DNA of 37,285 nt from Octopus bimaculoides (GCF_001194135.2 NC_068990.1:15928320-15965604); one strand, 5' to 3'; numbered from the stretch's first letter, positions 23,401 through 36,480 are shown. Numbers and translations: made by a program. Notes: generated from the letters alone by a model not told the origin.

Positions 23401-23591
23401 AGGTCCAACATTTGAAGGTCATGCTTCACCACCTCATCCCATGTCTTCCTGGGTCTACTTCTTCCACAACTTGTGGCTTAATAATTGTCATGACTCCCAT
23501 CACTATCACACTTAGATATCCAATTGATACCGGAAACGAAATAGAAAAAGGAAAGTATATAGTGACTTTTAGGACACCCCGTATGTATATA

Positions 23592-23647
<56 letters not shown>

Positions 23648-23689
23648 TAGATGTATGTATAACTTTTTAACTAGTTTAGGACAAGAGCT

Positions 23690-24390
23690 GCGACCATGCT
23701 GAGACATTTGATGCTGCTGCCCTCATTTGTAGTTCCTGCCGAGAGATAGGCTCATCCAGAATTCTTGACAGGAGGAGATCCAGTTTTGTTTTGAAGACCT
23801 CAACATCCCCACCATGCAGGTATCTCAGGCTTTTTGGAAGGATATTGGAGAACTGTGAGCCCTTGAAACTCAAGCTGCTGCAGTATCTTGATGGCAATGC
23901 TGGGATCTTTGGCATTATGCAGTGGCACTTGATTCTGCTGTTTCTGTAACTTTAAATGCCAAAGTTTGGTACAGGTCCTTCCAGGATTTTCCAGATATAT
24001 ATCATTGCATATCTTTCCCGCCTTTGTTCTAGCTTGCAGAGTCTTAACTTTTTCAGCTTTTCTCAGTAGTATTGAGACCATCTCAATTGTATTGAGATGG
24101 TCTTCTTTGTGTAGCTTTGCTGGATTGCTTTGAGTTCTGCTGTAAATTTTATACTGTGTGGTGATCATAATTGGGGAGCAGCAGTGGACATATGTCCTCC
24201 AGAGGGCCATCATGGTTTCCTGTTCTGAAAGTTTGGAGGATTCACCTGTCCAGCTGTCTGCATTTTCTTTGCCAACTTAGTAATATACACCTGGAAAGAT
24301 GTATCATTACTCATGTCAATACCCAGGTTATGCACTGATTTTGATTCAGAGATTGCAATCTTTCTTGGGCCAGTGTATCATGTACGCATT
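23690..24390 (-). mobile_element. 3' RT fragment of a CR1/L2-group LINE, degenerate
   Basis: Across frames: NLGIDMSNDTSF...ETMMALWRTYV...ELKAIQQSYTKK...RRERYAMIYIWKILEG...SLSFKGSQFSNILPKSLRYLHG..VEVFKTKLDLLLSRILDEP. Confidence 0.8.
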
Positions 24391-24597
24391 TCATTCAGCT
24401 TTGTGTGCTGGTAGCACAGGGCTTGGAATTTTCCAGCATTAAATTGCATGCTATTGTCCTCAGCACACCTGTATATTGCTTCCAACTACAATTGCAGGTG
24501 CACAATATTACCAGGGTTTTGTATCCTCTGAGAGACTTTTGTATCATCTGCATAGCTAGTAAGGGTGGCTACCTGAGCAATTGCTGATAATGTTCAT

Positions 24598-24709
24598 CTG
24601 GTACATATTTATCGACCTTGGTGGAATTTGAACTCAGAACATAAAGATCAACGAAATGCTACTAAGCATTTTGTCTGGCATGCTAATGGTTCTGCTAGCT
24701 TACTGCCTT
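24598..24709 (-). mobile_element. Meta/MESC-like SINE head fragment
   Basis: ggaatttgaactcagaac...ctaagcattttgtctggcatgctaatggttctgctagctt is the reverse complement of the head at 36862. Confidence 0.75.
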
Positions 24710-25309
24710 AAACAACAACAGTACTAATAGACAAAAAGAAAAAACCAAAAACACAACAAATGGAAGAAGTAAAAATGGGGAAAAAAAATTGTAAATAAAA
24801 TGGAAAACAGAAAAAAATAAAGAAATGTAGATATTTTAATAAAGCTCAAATTTGTTGAGGGCCGACGTACATATAAGATGAAACAGAATCGTTAAGTCTT
24901 CATGGAATAAATCACAAGACAATTGGCTCCAAAAAATGGAATGAGGAGTTGCTTGTTTGCCTCCTTTACTGGTGAGGTTGAAGGATAAAGCCAGAAAACT
25001 TAAACGTCTTTTCTTTCTCCCATTTGGAAGTGTAAAATATCAAATTCTATTATGTTAAACATTCCACCAGGAATTACGGTAGTTTCAAATTTCAGGAACA
25101 GCAATTCTCTTTTTGTTGTTTTGATTTCAATGTTGATAGGTTCAGTACCTCTCTCTCTCTCCCTCCCCTCCTCCCCTCTCTTTTGTTTTACAAGCATATG
25201 CCATGAAATAGTGAATAAGCTGCTTATTTCTTCTTCTTTCCTCCTCATTCATTCCTTTTTGCTAATTTTTCTTTTTTTTGGATTTTCACCAAAATCTTTC
25301 GTCATTTAC

Positions 25310-25836
25310 ATACATATGTGTATATATGTATGTGTGTGTGTACATGTATATATACCTATGTATAATGTACACACACACATATATACATTTACATACACAC
25401 ATACACATATATAATTGTGGCAAACCTTCCAACTGTTATCAATTGCACAATAAGTATTCACACATCACGTGATCACAAAAATAACTTCTCTCCCCCCTGT
25501 CAAGGTCACCACCATAATGGAGATTTTCTGGATTGCAATTGCTTTTAGGGGTGGGGGAAGTGACGCACCCCTCCCCCAGGGGCTATTGTTTAGTCGGAAA
25601 TGTAGAATTTCCTTGAAGAAAAATGTACGAGTTTGTGTATGTGTTGATTGGTATATATGTATGTGTGTTTGTATATATGTATGAATGTATGCATATGTGT
25701 GTGTATGTGTATATGTATCTGTATGCATGCGTGTATGTTTATGTGTGTATCTATGTGCATATGTATATATATGTGTATATGTATATATGTGTATGTATGC
25801 ACGTGTGTGTGCGTACATGTTTGTGAATAGGTGTAA

Positions 25837-25872
<36 letters not shown>
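25310..25872. repeat. (TG/TA/CA)n compound microsatellites
   Basis: Long alternating tgtatatgtg/acacacat runs at 25310-25410 and 25630-25872. Confidence 0.9.
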
Positions 25873-25873
<1 letters not shown>

Positions 25874-25892
25874 CAATTCTGTTCTTCTAAGG

Positions 25893-26601
25893 NNNNNNNN
25901 NNNNNNNNNNNNNNNNNNNNNNNNNNNNNNNNNNNNNNNNNNNNNNNNNNNNNNNNNNNNNNNNNNNNNNNNNNNNNNNNNNNNNNNNNNNNNNNNNNNN
26001 NNNNNNNNNNNNNNNNNNNNNNNNNNNNNNNNNNNNNNNNNNNNNNNNNNNNNNNNNNNNNNNNNNNNNNNNNNNNNNNNNNNNNNNNNNNNNNNNNNNN
26101 NNNNNNNNNNNNNNNNNNNNNNNNNNNNNNNNNNNNNNNNNNNNNNNNNNNNNNNNNNNNNNNNNNNNNNNNNNNNNNNNNNNNNNNNNNNNNNNNNNNN
26201 NNNNNNNNNNNNNNNNNNNNNNNNNNNNNNNNNNNNNNNNNNNNNNNNNNNNNNNNNNNNNNNNNNNNNNNNNNNNNNNNNNNNNNNNNNNNNNNNNNNN
26301 NNNNNNNNNNNNNNNNNNNNNNNNNNNNNNNNNNNNNNNNNNNNNNNNNNNNNNNNNNNNNNNNNNNNNNNNNNNNNNNNNNNNNNNNNNNNNNNNNNNN
26401 NNNNNNNNNNNNNNNNNNNNNNNNNNNNNNNNNNNNNNNNNNNNNNNNNNNNNNNNNNNNNNNNNNNNNNNNNNNNNNNNNNNNNNNNNNNNNNNNNNNN
26501 NNNNNNNNNNNNNNNNNNNNNNNNNNNNNNNNNNNNNNNNNNNNNNNNNNNNNNNNNNNNNNNNNNNNNNNNNNNNNNNNNNNNNNNNNNNNNNNNNNNN
26601 N
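25893..26601. other. Assembly gap (709 N)
   Basis: Run of N. Confidence 1.
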
Positions 26602-27433
26602 CTTCCTGCTTAACACAAACTTTTAGCCCCTTTTCTCTTTTTTTAAACCTAACACAACTCTCAATTCTCATGCATCCTTATTTTTCCAACCATTATATAC
26701 ATGAATTACCATTGAACTTCAAAAGCTCAAAGACAATATAAGGTATTGGTATATTTATTTTTTTATATATTATTTTTTTTATATATTATTTTCTTCATTT
26801 TGTACTTCTTTGTAAAAAACATTTTCATTCTCCCTCTTCTTGAAAATTTGCTATGCAATGAAAGCTGGTTAGAAATCTTTATTAAAATATGCTTCCAGTT
26901 TAGCATTCTGCCTTATTATTATTTTTCATTTTCCTATTATTTCTCCACGTGCGGTTAACACAACCCCCTATTTACTGACACACACACACACACACATATA
27001 TATATAATACACATACACACACGCACACATATATATACACGTGTGTATATGTGCATGTGCATTTATGTGTCTACATGCGTTGTGTCAGTTGAACTGTATG
27101 AAGTGATGGGAGAGGGAACCAATGGTAGTCGACAGCAACCAACTCAAAAGGGGGCTCAGTGAACTTCTAATGTCCTACACTCAATTTACAATCACACACA
27201 CACACACGGTCTCAGGTTGTTTTGTCTATGGCCTAAGGAAGTGTATGGTACTAACTAGCCCCCTTAGTCACTTGTGATTATAAGCTCAGGAGAGTGATGA
27301 AAGCCACAACAAAGCAGAATGGAATCATATATATGTATTTATGTGTGTGTGCGTCTTTGCAGTTGTCCCCCAGCCTTGATGATTGCTGTTAGTTTGTGTA
27401 AGTTCCAGTAACTTAGTGGTTTGAAAATTAAAG

Positions 27434-27714
27434 ACTCGGTCTCTTTTGCCAAACTGCTAAGTTACAGGATGTAAACACACCAACATCAGTCATCAGTCAA
27501 TAGAGAAAGGACAAACAAAGGCACACACACATATATACACATACACACACGCATATATATATATGATGGGCTTTTTTCAGTTTCCGTCTACCAAATCCAC
27601 TCACAAGGTTTTGGTTGGCCTGAGGCTATAGCAGAAAACACTTGTCCAAGGGGCCACACAGTGGGACTGAACCTGGAACCATGTGGTTGAGAAGCAAGCT
27701 TACCACACAGCCAC
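27434..27714 (-). mobile_element. CORE-like SINE, 3' truncated
   Basis: tttcagtttccgtctaccaaatccactcacaagg...gggactgaacctggaaccatgtggttg...cttaccacacagccac. Confidence 0.85.
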
Positions 27715-27990
27715 ATCATCATCATCATTGTTTAACGTTCATGGGTTGGATGGTTCACAGGAGCTGGCCAGGCAGAAAAACTACCCTATGCTGCTCTGTC
27801 TGTTTTGTTTGGGTTTTGACAGCTGGATGTCCTTCCTAACACCAACTGCTCTGCAGAGCGGACTCAGAGCTTTTTACATGGAACTAGCACAGGCAAGGTT
27901 AGATTTGGCATGATTTTTACAGCTGGATGCCTTTCCAAATGCCAACCACTTTACAATGTGAACTGGATGCTTTTTACATGGCACCAACTA
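27713..27990 (-). mobile_element. RTE-type LINE 3' end / derived repeat
   Basis: catcatcatcatcattgtttaacg...cagctggatgtccttcctaacaccaac...gctttttacatgg. Confidence 0.65.
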
Positions 27991-28071
27991 ACTTGCAAGA
28001 CAAGAAATTATGAGAGGGGCAGGGGCATTTGAGGAGGGGAACACGTGTCAGAGTATATGTGTCTATATATA

Positions 28072-28590
28072 CTAGCAAATCTACCCATCTATGATGGAGG
28101 CATTAAATGAGGGAGGGAAGTCATAACAGCAGTATGTATTGAGAAATGTGTAAGTGGACTTGATAGATTACTGGGAAATCACATTATTGTTGGTGATACA
28201 ACATTTTATTGCAGCTATATGATGTGTTTGCGGCTAAGTGACACGTGATGATGATTCATTCCCGAACTGAAATAGGCTCCCAGCTTCTGTATCATGAATA
28301 GTTATGTGGACTACTCCTAACAAAAGCCAAACCTTCCTTCGACCACTACAAAAAAAGTATTAAGAAAACATTGATAATATCAATATGATTACAAAACTTC
28401 TTTGTATTTTCAGTTTGATTGACACTAATTTTCAAATTACTGGAATCTGTTACTCTGTTCATAGCGACATATAACTGGCCATGTGTAAACATCGGAGTGA
28501 GTAAAAATACACCTACATGATCTAAAGTCTGGCCCTGTACCTTGTTTGCTGTGAATGCACGAGCAGAATCTTGAGGAATTTGCCCATCTA
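28072..28590 (-). mobile_element. Helitron 3' fragment: end of the Pif1-like helicase and probable CTAG terminus
   Basis: Minus strand GQIPQDSARAFTANKVQGQTLDHVGVFLLTPMFTHGQLYVAMNRVTDSSNLKI and YKEVL* (stop at 28389-28391) match the RQFP..AFA.T.NK.QGQT..HGQLYVA.SRV...YKEVL end of Helitron helicases; candidate terminus ctag at 28072-28075 with hairpin ccatc-tat-gatgg about 10 bp inside. Confidence 0.75.
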
Positions 28591-28889
28591 TGATGGGAAA
28601 TAAAGGGATAGCATTGCAAATCTAAACCCTCTAAGGCCACAAACTATACGGGGTGGAAATCCAGAATTAATCCTCTTCACTGGAATTTTAACCAAAAAAA
28701 TCAAAGGTGATTTATTAATACAAAACTCAATAATGTCCACTAAATAATCATACTTTTTCACATTTTTTCACGAAAAACCTTCCTGATTACCTCCTTTGTC
28801 ATCTCAAAAAACATCGTGACCATTGGTCCAGCCATTTGACTGTGAAGTGGGAACAGACATAATGCCCATTATAGTAAGATGTGTATATA

Positions 28890-29097
28890 AATGTGTGTAT
28901 GAGTTTATTGCTCCACTGCTTAACAACTGGTGTTGGTGTGTTCAAGTCTCTGTAACTTAACAGTTCAACAAAAGATTGATAGAATAAACACCAGCCTTTA
29001 AAAATAGATACTGGGGCTTATTTGTTCAATTAAACCCTTTCAAGGTGGTGCCCCATCATGGCCACAATCCTATGACTGAAACAAGTAAAAGATAAAT
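28890..29097 (+). mobile_element. 3' half of a CORE-like SINE, degenerate
   Basis: ggtgttggtgtgtt...gtaacttaacagttc...gatagaataa...catggccacaatcctatgactgaaacaagtaaaagataaa. Confidence 0.7.
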
Positions 29098-29524
29098 ATA
29101 TTATCATATCCTATTAAATGCTGTCAAAATATATCATACTTAATAATATATGTGATTATAGTATATGATTGTAAACTATAACCTTACACATGACACTGCA
29201 GATACAAACAAAAGAAATGAGTAAAGACAAGAAAAGAAACAGTAACATGTGCACTCATGTAAAACTAAATAATATGGTGCACAAATTCGCATGCAGCATA
29301 CAGCATTAGCAAAAACAATTTAATGGTAACTTTTGTATGTGTTCCAGCAAATAGTTTCTGATGTGTCTGCAGTTTGCAGAAAAATACACACACACACTCA
29401 TGGGATACAATAAAAAATTTGATAGGAAATTTATTAGTCCCTTTTAGTGTAAACTTATGTTTAGTGAACCCAAACACGTAGACAGACATAAATTTAGATT
29501 ATCACATTCTTTCTTGACAAGTAA

Positions 29525-29577
29525 CCGGAAGTGAAGTTCAACTTTATGCTGGCTTCCGGCGACCGCCAGCGTGCGTC
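29525..29577. promoter_or_regulatory. Possible promoter-like patch with two ETS-type motifs
   Basis: CCGGAAGTG (29525-29533) and inverted CTTCCGG (29553-29559) in a short CpG-containing patch; no transcript evidence. Confidence 0.25.
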
Positions 29578-29784
29578 TCAGAAGATCAAATTGTCTATAA
29601 AAAAAGAAATCATCTCAATATATTGAAAGATATTTATAGCATTTAGTTATTGTATTTTTCTTTTATGGTTAACTCCTGGATAAGATTTTCATGACAGAAT
29701 TCATCCGTCACTAAGAATTGCCAGAGGTTTTGTCAAATATTAAATTGTTTATAAAAACAATAAAACAGGATGTTATTTTGTATC

Positions 29785-29983
29785 AAAACACATGCAAAAA
29801 CACACATACATACATGCATGCATACACACACACATGCATACATACACTACATACATATATGCATATATATATATATATATATATACACTCATACATGCAT
29901 ACACATATATACATACACATGTATACATACACACATGCACATTTTCGTACATATGTACATATATGCATGCATATACACATACA

Positions 29984-30019
<36 letters not shown>

Positions 30020-30110
30020 CATACACACACACATACATGCACACATTCACTCCCCGACACACACACACAGACATACATACAAGCATCTACGTTCATGCAT
30101 TCATAGAATG
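29785..30110. repeat. (CA/TA)n compound microsatellite
   Basis: acacacatacatacatgcat... runs. Confidence 0.9.
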
Positions 30111-30607
30111 TACATACAATAGTGAAACTCAGTTATCTTGCAGACATCAACATAAAGGTGAAGATCAGTGAAAAAGAAAACCCCTCTGCTGAACTGTTGA
30201 GAAATTTGCAAAGACAACCCTCCTACACATGGGACTGTTTGGGTAGTCGTTGCTGGTCAGAGTTTTACCAAGTCGGAATGCAAATCTTATTTCAACCTCT
30301 TTTAGTCAACTTTTACAACGTGTCGAGGAAACGTTGGCTCTATTTTTTGACATGCCAATCTCCACAAAGCACTGGGGCAATGTGAAATGAACACAACACT
30401 CTGCCCAATCTCGGAATCGAATCCATGATCTCGCGATTGTAAGTGCAACGTCCTTACCACTAGGCTACACACCTTCACATTTATATATATATATATATAC
30501 ACACACACACATATGTATATATATACATATACATATACGTGTGTGTGTGTGTTTTACCGATTATATATATGTATATATAGATGTATGTATACATGCACAC
30601 GTGTATA

Positions 30608-30980
30608 TTCTTTTACTTGTTTCAGTCATTTGACTGTGGCCATGCTGAAGCACCACCTTTAGTCAAATGAATCAACCCCAGGACTTATTCTTTGTAAGCC
30701 TAGTACTTATTCTATCAGTCTCTTTTGCTAGACCGCTAAGTAGCAGGGATGCAAACACGCCAACATCAGTTGTCAAGCGATGGTAGAGGGACAAACACAG
30801 ACACACAAACACACACACATATATACAACAGGCTTCTTACAGTTTCCATCTACCAAATCCACTCACAAGGCTTTGGTTGCCCTGAGGCTATAGTAGAAGT
30901 CATTTGCCCAAGGTGCCACACAGTGGGACTGAACCCGGAACCATGTAGTTGGGAAGCAAGCTTCTTACAGCCACGCCTGT
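30608..30980 (-). mobile_element. Near full-length tRNA-derived CORE-like SINE
   Basis: Minus strand: tRNA-like head (ggttccgggttcagtcccactgtgtggcaccttgggcaaatgacttct, resembling the CORE box), internal (TG)n, 3' part ending gactgaaacaagtaaaagaa. Confidence 0.9.
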
Positions 30981-31304
30981 GTACATATATGTATATGTGT
31001 ACTGGGGGTGTGTATGTATATACATGTATATAGAGAGGGTACATTTACACACACACGCGAATATTTGAAAGAAGAAAAAATAACTACACCAAACCATCTC
31101 AATAAAACACACCAAAAAAGTGGATAATTTCAGAATACCAGCTGAGAAGGTCTATGTTCTTTACATTGGGTCTTTAAATACTTTGGCTCCATAATGTTCA
31201 CATTAGGAGGTTCGACCCAAATTTCCAGTCTTTAACCAGTGAGAAAATGAAATCAAACAGGAGGTATTTCAAGGAAAAAAAAAAAAATATTTGAACAGGA
31301 CCTG

Positions 31305-31396
31305 AATGCATGTTTGTGTGTGTATATGTGCATGTGTTTGTGTGTGCATATATACATTTAGATATGTTTGTGTGCATATATGTACTTATGTGTGTT

Positions 31397-31435
<39 letters not shown>

Positions 31436-31590
31436 TTATGTGTGTTTGTGTGTATATATGTATTTATGTATTTGAGTGTTTGTGTATGTGTGTGTGTGTG
31501 TATATATATATACATATATGTGTTTGTGTGTGCATGTGTATTTATGTGTTTGTCTCTATGCATGTATGTATGACATGTATCTGTGTGTGG
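31305..31590. repeat. (TG/TA)n compound microsatellite
   Basis: tgtgtgtatatgtg... runs. Confidence 0.9.
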
Positions 31591-32339
31591 GGGTTTGTGC
31601 TTGGAGCAAACTACGAATTGCTCCAAATAACCTTAATGTCTTCACCTTCCAGTAATTTCACTCTGAGATCCGGGTACAAATAATAATAATAATAATGAAC
31701 ACAACAAATTCTCAGGTCGTCAGAGTACTTATTACGCTTCGAATACTGTTATAATCTAAGTTGGAATGGGTGAGGAAGCAAGCAGCTAGTCTGATAGAGT
31801 ACATCCCTTTTTTTTCTCATTCTAAACTCAAACACACGTGGTATGATTTAAACAGAGCATGGCATGCTAACGAATCACACGTCAATTTTACTATGCTCAT
31901 TTAGTTGACTGCACAATGTGGCTGTACTTGATTATATTTACAGTCTGGCAAAAATTGTCTTGCTGTGGTTATTATTGTGTTCCTGTCATAAATGCAATGC
32001 TGGGATTTGAACCACTGATTGTTCAGTAAGTAGGATGGCAAACTACTGCTTCAACTTAATTTGTGATTGATTGGCTTTACTGTAGTGTTCAGAAACTGGT
32101 AAACAGCAGATGCTATGGAGCAGAGATACAAGAAGAGTGAAATGGTGGTGGTGGTGGTGGTGCTGGTGTTGGAGCAATTTACCCCAAGTACAGATGTGAA
32201 GTGGCATAGAAAATTTCTCTGGCCAATCACACTAATTAAAGTGGTGGCGATGTTTGTGTGTGTGTGTGTGTGTGCATGTGCATGTGTGTATGTGTGTGTG
32301 TGTTATAGAATTGTGTTTGTGTGTGTGTATATATATATA

Positions 32340-33230
32340 GTCACACCAATATTTGCCACACTAGTAATAGGATACCTAGAAGAAAAATTCTACATCGTAT
32401 CCAGAACTACTTTTGACCACCACTTTCAAACCTCCCTTATAGGAAACTGGAAAAGATTCTTAGATGATTGCTTTATATTTTGGAACTGGAATAAGGAGGA
32501 CCTTACAAAATTTCTTAAATTGATAAATAGCATTCATGATTCAATCCAATTCACTATGCAAATAAATAAAAAGGAACTCCCATTTTTGGACATCGTGATA
32601 ATTAAAGAAAATGAGACAGTTACAACTGACCTTTACTACAAGAACACAGACACACACCAATATTTAGATTTTAGATCTTGCCACCTTTCCCATACAAAAA
32701 GGAACACCATTTAATATGGCATGGCACATATGCCCAATAGTCACAGATACTGTTAGACAAGAGAAATGACTGGCAAAACTTAGTATATTCCTTCTGAAAC
32801 AAAAATATCCCAACAAGTTAATTCAACATGCCATAACAAAAGCAAATGAAATCCCGATCTCTACCTTATGGAGAAACACTCAGGCTAGGTGTGAAAATAT
32901 AAATACAAATATTCCATTTGTAGTCATCCACAATCCTAGAAACCACAACATCCTGCACACAGCCAAGCGATACCTCCCAATTCTACATCAATCACCAAAT
33001 CTCCAATGAATAATTAAAAAATCACAAATTATCAACAGTTGGAGACAACCACCTGACCTGAAGAGACTCGTAACAAAGGTGAGATTCACACTTGAAAAAG
33101 AAACAATGCAAGTAACCAACTATGGAGACCCCAGTTGTGGGACATGCGAATTAATTGACAAGGGATAACCAAAAGACTCAAGAATGGGAAGAAATTAAAA
33201 GTGAATGCAAACATGAATTGCAAAACAAGT
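32340..33230 (+). mobile_element. Penelope-like element fragment: RT, thumb/linker and start of the GIY-YIG region
   Basis: PIFATLVIGYLEEKFY...WKRFLDDCFIFW...IQFTM...ELPFLDIVIIK...TTDLYYKNTDTHQYLDFRSCH.SHTKRN, then degenerate IPFVVIHNPRN, RQPPDLKRL, GDPSCGTC and VNANMNCKT motifs. Confidence 0.9.
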
Positions 33231-33880
33231 TTGATTTGGCATGATTCCTATGGCTGGGTGCCCTTCCTAATGCCAACCACTCCGAGAGTGTAATGGGTGC
33301 TTTTACGTGTCACCAGCACAGGTACCAGTTGCGTAACACCAGTATCTGTCACAACTATGATTTCACTTGGTTTGATGGGTCTTCTTCTCAAGTACAGCAT
33401 ATTGCCAAAATTCTTGGTCATTTGTCATTGCCTTTGTGAGGCCCAACGCTTCAAAGGTGCTTTTTACATGCCACCTGCATGAATGTTAGTTACATGACAC
33501 CAACATTGGCCACATTGCCTCTGTAAGGTCCAACACTCGAAAGGTGCTTTTTACATGCCACCAGTGCCAGTTACAGGGTGCCAGTTACATATCATAAGCA
33601 TTGGTCATGACTACGATTTCACTTGGCTTGAAAGGTCTTCTCAATCGTCTCTCTTGCACACCACATCTGATTCCTCTTACGCCTGACTTTTCACTCAAGA
33701 TGCTAACACTCTGTCGTACATGCACACTGACACTGCACATCCAGCAAAGCATACTAGCTTCATTTCTTTCAAGCCTATGCATGTCTTCTTTGGTCACAGC
33801 CCATGTTACACTGCTGTGTGGCATGGCTGTTTGCACACAGGCATCATACTGTCTACCTTTGTTGCCAACAGAGGTAGGAG
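33231..33880 (-). mobile_element. RTE-clade LINE 3' fragment: RT C-terminus plus 3' region with tandem subrepeats
   Basis: 33645-33880 reads KGRQYDACVQTAMPHSSVTWAVTKEDMHRLERNEASMLCWMCSVSVHVRQSVSILSEKSGVRGIRCGVQERRLR; 33231-33640 has repeated ggtgctttttac(a/g)tgccacc units. Confidence 0.85.
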
Positions 33881-33923
33881 CTGCCTGAACTTTGCCCAGC
33901 CTTTTATCTATAGCTTTATCTAA

Positions 33924-34139
33924 GACAGCAAGCTGGCAGAATCATTAGCATGCTGGACAAAATGCTTAGTGGAATTTCATTCGTCTCTACATTCTGAGTT
34001 CAAATTCTATCAAAGTCTATTTTGCCTTTTATCCTTTCAGGCTTGATGAAGTAAATACTGGTTGAGTGCAGGGATTGATGTAATCAATTAGGGCCCTCCC
34101 CTAAAAAAAATTTCAGGTTTTGTGCTTATAGTAGAAAGG
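33924..34139 (+). mobile_element. Meta/MESC-like SINE
   Basis: gctggcagaatcattagc (A box)...ttctgagttcaaattc (B box)...ttttgccttttatcctttc...tagtagaaagga. Confidence 0.8.
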
Positions 34140-34470
34140 ACTATTTATAGCTTTATCTACTTTGAGTGCCACCATTAAAATATCATTTACTTCATATCTC
34201 AAAGTTTCTAAATTCTTATAATGTAAAAGTAATTTAATGATTTTAGTGATTGCCACATTAATCAATACTTGGTTAAGAAACAAAAGACCAGTTGAGATGT
34301 CAAGAGGCTGTTTTAGCTTGTTCTTTCTTGAAATTGTTTGGCTACAACAAAGTTGATGAGAATAAAAAGACTACACAGAAATGGTGAAATGGTGGCAAAA
34401 CAGCAAATTGACATTTAGTTTTGTTGTTGTTGTTTAGCCTCAAGTGTCTCTTGCTTGAGATATAGTTTAT

Positions 34471-34680
34471 CTTTTACTTGTTTCAGTCATTGGATTGCAA
34501 CCATGCTGAGGCACTGCCTTGAGGGGTTTTAGTGAAACAAATTGACCCGAGTACTTACTTTTACGCCTGATACTTATTCTATTGGTTTCATTTGCAGAAC
34601 CACTTAGTTACAGGGGTGTAAACAAACCAACACCAGTTGTTCAGTGGTAGATGGACAATCACAATCACAAAGACACACAC
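34471..34680 (-). mobile_element. 3' half of a CORE-like SINE
   Basis: ttttacttgtttcagtcatt...tacttattctattggt...ttagttacagg...aaacaaaccaacaccagttg. Confidence 0.75.
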
Positions 34681-34856
34681 ATATTTTGAAATGTTTTAAG
34701 TTAGGAAAGTCTTATCTTCTCAGTTCCTTTACAGGGCTTAGAAAAGCTGAAATACTGCTTGTGAATCTGAGAGGAGAATATGTTGAATAAAATCATAATT
34801 AACTGATTCTCCTGTATTTTCCTTTACCTAAAGGCAGGAACTTTTCAGCACCCCTT

Positions 34857-34891
<35 letters not shown>

Positions 34892-35829
34892 TCTTTTACT
34901 CTTATTCTGTTACATGTTTCAGCCTAAAGGCTGTGCCCATTATACATACATACATTTATACATAATGACAAGGAGAAGAGAGAAATAGAGAACCATGCAC
35001 ACACACACACACACAAAGGAATCTAGACAGGTAGACAGATAGATAGCGAGAGAGAGAGACCTATAGACAAGTAGATAGATAGACATAGTTCAATAGATGG
35101 TGCAGAACTAATATGCAGACAAAGGGATAGGCTTTGAGATTTTTATACAAATAATCAGACAGGCTGATGGTTAGATAATGTAAGCACAGTGTATTTTCAC
35201 TGCAATAAGCAATCATTTTCAATTTAGACAGACAGTTACGTTTGCACATGATTTCTCACAAATATTTATTAGATACACCGGAAGTTGCAGTGGGGGGACA
35301 GCCACAACCTCTTGGCTCCTGAACCTTATCTCACTGTTTTCTAAATAGCCCCTAGGAAATTGATGTCATGAAACCAAACAGTCAGGTCATAATGTACTGA
35401 AATCCATTTATCATGAGGGAGAGAAGAGCAATGGATGGAGTAGGGTCTGGAGGAAGAGGAAGGGAGATCAAATCTTGTTTACAGCTACATCTTTACCCCA
35501 TTAACTGTTATGAAAATGGTATGAGAGGGAGTGGATATCTTCACATTGATGTAGAATAATTGATTTTGTTGTTTTCAAATCAGAGCAGAACTTTGACTCC
35601 GGTGTTCCAGTCACGATCACCCCTGTCTCTTTATATTTTATTGTATTTTTCAAGGAAGAATGTCTTGAATTTTGTTATCCAATGTGTTCTCACAGTATTC
35701 TTTTATTCTTTTAGTTGTTTCAATCATTGGACCACGGCCATGCTGGGGCACTGCCCTAAAGGGTTTTGTTGATCAACTCAATCTCCAGTCCTTAACTTTG
35801 CTTTTAAACCTGGTACTTATTGTATTGAA

Positions 35830-36480
35830 TTTCTGCCATTTTGGGGTTTCCTGATATCCGAGCTAGGTAGGAATCAGCCCCTTTTACTATCATTCCTAGG
35901 GCACCTATTACAACAGGTATTATTTTAGTCTTGAGATTTCACATTTTGCCAATTTCTATTTCAAGATCTTTATATTTACTCAGTTTTTGGTAGGTCTTAG
36001 ATACGTTTATGTCAATTGGGACAGTCATATCAATGAGGAGGCATGATTTTTGTCTGAAGTCTTTCAATATAATGTCTGGTCTTTTCGCATCTATCTTTCT
36101 GTCAGTTTGAATGGTGAAGTTCCAGAGGAGTGAGATGTGATAATTTTCAAGCACTGGAGGTGGTTTGTGTTCCCACCAGTTTTTATCATAGAGCGGGTCT
36201 AGGTTTTTGCAAATTACCCGGCGAATATACTGTGCTGCTCTATCATGCCTGTTGAGATACTCAAGGACTTTGTCAACATTGACATTATTAGTTCTCTTTG
36301 GGTATTTGCCATTGAGAGGTTTTTCTTCCCATTTATCAGTAAGAATATCTAAGGCAGCAGTTTTAGCATGGGTTTTCATATGCTTAGCTTTTTTTGTGCT
36401 TGTTTCCAGTATGTTTAATTCTGGGATTTGTTGTATTTGGAATTCATTTAGATATTCCTTTGCCTATTTTATTACTGATC
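35830..36480 (-). mobile_element. R4/Dong-clade LINE fragment (RLE domain) with internal deletion of the CCHC region
   Basis: KWEEKPLNGKYP..VDK|EYLNRHDRAAQYI...WWEHKP...LLWNFTIQTDRKIDAKRPDIILKD...CLLIDMTVPID.NVS...KLSKYKDLEIEI.KM*NLKTKIIPVVIGALGMI. Confidence 0.85.

Noticed and set aside
30122-30385. 87-aa ORF with an acceptor-like ttatcttgcag as a host exon
   Set aside because: No recognisable domain and it runs into a SINE fragment.
29718-31683. Multiple H/T/Y/I- or C/V/M-rich ORFs
   Set aside because: Translations of (CA)n/(TA)n/(TG)n microsatellites.
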